The notes below the pieces were generated by a model. The model saw only the letters and a program-made list of their open reading frames with translations. It ran no database searches and had not been told where the DNA came from. Position numbers and translations under genes: made by a program. DNA of 64,000 nucleotides, taken from the NCBI RefSeq assembly GCF_963921235.1, contig NC_086110.1, positions 806,001 through 870,000 of the forward strand. Direction: 5' to 3'. The stretch is from Mobula hypostoma. Lineage: Eukaryota. Below, piece by piece: positions 61,471 to 64,000 of the stretch. Within the stretch, counting starts at the first letter, position 1. Every line of letters begins with the position of its first letter.

Positions 61471-62200
61471 TCTAAGTGTCCTGCCCAGGGAATGGTATGT
61501 GTAAGGTGTAGTATAAGGGACCTGCAACTACTTGGCAACACTAACCTCTTGTTACTTGGCACCTCTCCCTGATAAAGGATGCCGTTGTGAAGAACATACA
61601 CTACACCACCTACCTATACGGTGTAATTAGCAGTGGCTAAGACCTTGGTTAACAAAGACTTTAACAAATATCAGGGTGTTGTAACATGGTGGTGTTTTCT
61701 GGCACTTCCCACTTAACATCTGACACTGCATTTTCAGCATTTCACAAGATAAAGGTGTACGAGCATGTTTCTCTTACCGCCGTTGCCGACGTGTCTTTCT
61801 GGGCCCTTTGGTTCCAGCATTGCGCAGACTACCACATATGTCTGGCAAAGGCTGTATTCCAGACTGAGCTTGGATTTTTGCCTGGGATCGTGTCATGACA
61901 AAACAAGAGACATGCATTTTCGGTTCTGACGCAGGTTCACGAGCATTACGGAGACTTTTACCCCTGCTTAGGAGATCATACGGAACAGACAACAGGAGGT
62001 TAGTGGTGCTAAGTAGTTGCACATGGAGCACTCAGTAAAACACTCATCCCCAGCAGTAGTAGTGACTGGGTCTGAAGCGGGTGTGCTGATGGTGGAGGAT
62101 ACCATATTTAATTGGATAGTTGAGTTAATTAGCTTTTGGTTGGTCTAGGCGAGGGATTTAGCAGTTAAAAGTCTCAGGTTACCAAGGCATTGATGTAGTT
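61470..62200 (-). mobile_element. Ty3/Gypsy pol remnant, probably Gmr1-like (protease linker followed directly by integrase N-terminus)
   Basis: CFVMTRSQAK linker followed by RLVLPSSCRSLILHLTHTIPWAGHL (integrase H2C2 start) with no RT in between. Confidence 0.6.
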
Positions 62201-63265
62201 TTCGTTTGTGTTTAGTCTGAGGGCGGCTATGTATATAGTTTTTTTTTTCCACTTTTGGTCTTGCTTTGAGGTAGTACATGTAAGCAATTTAGAGGCGATT
62301 CTATTAAGGCAATGCAATAATAATGCGGAACCTTACTCATAATTAAGTCAAAGCGAACCAAACAAGCAGCAATAATGCGAATGAAGAATTACTAAACCTT
62401 ATAAATATTGAGGTTCAAGTTCAATGTATGTTTAATTATCATTTAATCATACATGTATATATCCAAACCAAACAGCATTCCTACGGGACCAAAGTGCAAA
62501 ACGCATGGCCAACAGTACGGAACACATAGTTCATAGAATATATAGCACATATGGTTAAGATTTGAGACAAAAGCACACAGCCACAAAATATACTATTGCC
62601 CATGATAATATAGCTAAAGAATGATTGAGAGTAATTTCTCCTTATCAAGCTGCTTCTTCATGGGAGGTTATGGAAGAGCTACAGCCAGCGAAAGCTGTAG
62701 GTAGTATAGAGCGAAGAACAGAGGGAAGCACCCTGAGAACACTAGATGGTAGCACTAAGCACCCATCACACACAAAAAAAAATGGACGCAGTAATTCCAT
62801 CTGCATCGTTATTAAGCACCCGTTGATTGGATGGACCTGCAGTACTTAAGGTGATTAGTATCTAGCAGTGACGTGATTGTAAAAAAAGATTATAAGACCC
62901 TGTTGATTGGACATAGTGTCCGCCTCGTCTGGGAGCGCCACCATCTCATCGAAATCATGCTTGTCCGGCTGAGCACAGAGAGGGTACCAAGTCAGAATAC
63001 ATATTTTATACGTTATTATTATACAAGAGCAAATGTTTAATTAATCTTCTTATTGTGTGATGGTATTCGGATTGCTGATCACAAAGTCATAAGCTCAAAG
63101 GAAGAACTTAAACCGTATCTAATAGAGATAAAGCTATGGGTAACCCCATAAAGGGAGGTTATACTGTAGTCAGCTCCTCTTCAAATGCAGGTATGCTTCC
63201 TTGTTAATCTTCAACGGCTAGTTTAGCTGCCACTACGCACATCTCTACCTATCAATGAGGAGATT

Positions 63266-64000
63266 CAGTGGCATACAAAAATTTGGGCACCCTGGTGATA
63301 ATTTATTGTAAATAGTTAAGTAATTAGAAGACGAACTGATCTCCAATAGTCATAATTTTAAAGATGAAACATTCCTTTCAACATTTTAAGCAAGGTTAGA
63401 GTATTATTTTTCTTTTGTACAATTTTAGAGTAAAAAAAAAAGGGAAACGAACACCATGCAAAAGTTTAGGCACCCCAAGAGATTTGAACTCTCAGATAAC
63501 TTTTACCAAAGTCTCAGAAATTAATTAGCTTGTCGGGCTATGGCTTGTTCATAGTCATCATTGGCAACGGCCAGGACATGCAAATTTCATAGCTTTATAA
63601 ATGCTCTAACTGCTCAAACGTTGTCCTAACAATCAGCAGCCAGGGGCTTCTCTAAGCAGCTGACTAGCTCTCTGAAAACTAAAATAAATGATGCCCATAA
63701 AGCAGGAGACGGCTGAAAGAAGATAGAAAAGCGTTTTCAGCTAGTTGTTTCCTCAGTTGGTAATGCAATTAAGAAATGACAGTTAACAGGAACGGTGGAC
63801 GTCAAGTTGAGATCTTGAAGACCAAGAAAACTTTCCGGGATAACTGGTCGTAGGATTCCAAGAAAGGCAAATCAAAACCGCCGTTTGACTGCAAAAAGAC
63901 CTTCAGGAAGATTTAGCAGACGCTGGAGTGGTGGTGCACTGTTCTACTTTGCAACTACACCTGCACAAATATCACATTCATGGAAACGTCATCTGAAGAA
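63266..64000 (+). mobile_element. Tc1-like transposon 5' part, degraded transposase, runs off the window
   Basis: TIR CAGTGGCATACAAAAATTTGGGCACCC, inner repeat CATGCAAAAGTTTAGGCACCCC (~63455), decayed transposase N-terminus (GFSKQL...LKTKI; GRPRK) with stops. Confidence 0.8.

Overview
Vertebrate genomic DNA, most likely a cartilaginous fish (inferred from abundant CR1 LINEs, Rex1/Babar, Penelope-like termini and an HE1-type SINE). Most of the window is nested transposons: L1, many CR1 copies (one with an uninterrupted 999-aa ORF2), Rex1/Babar, Penelope-like elements with hammerhead ribozymes, LTR elements and Tc1. The host content is a minus-strand immunoglobulin-superfamily receptor gene that I assembled from splice sites: leader 18537-18492, pre-joined VJ-type V exon 18142-17822, C1 exon 16603-16295, Arg-containing TM exon 15277-15167 and two duplicated Tyr-motif tail exons at 13308-13214 and 12839-12750. 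It resembles NKp30/non-rearranging antigen-receptor-like genes. A tandem duplication (junction ~22537) placed a second leader+V cassette upstream of the single C1-TM and cut that copy's C1 exon about 10 nt after its acceptor. A sense-strand minimal hammerhead ribozyme lies between the two tail exons. The right end holds a tandem three-LTR non-autonomous retroelement whose primer-binding site pairs with its own predicted transcript 5' end (Tf1/sushi-type self-priming). All calls are by eye with no database searches; TE boundaries without a stated TSD are approximate.
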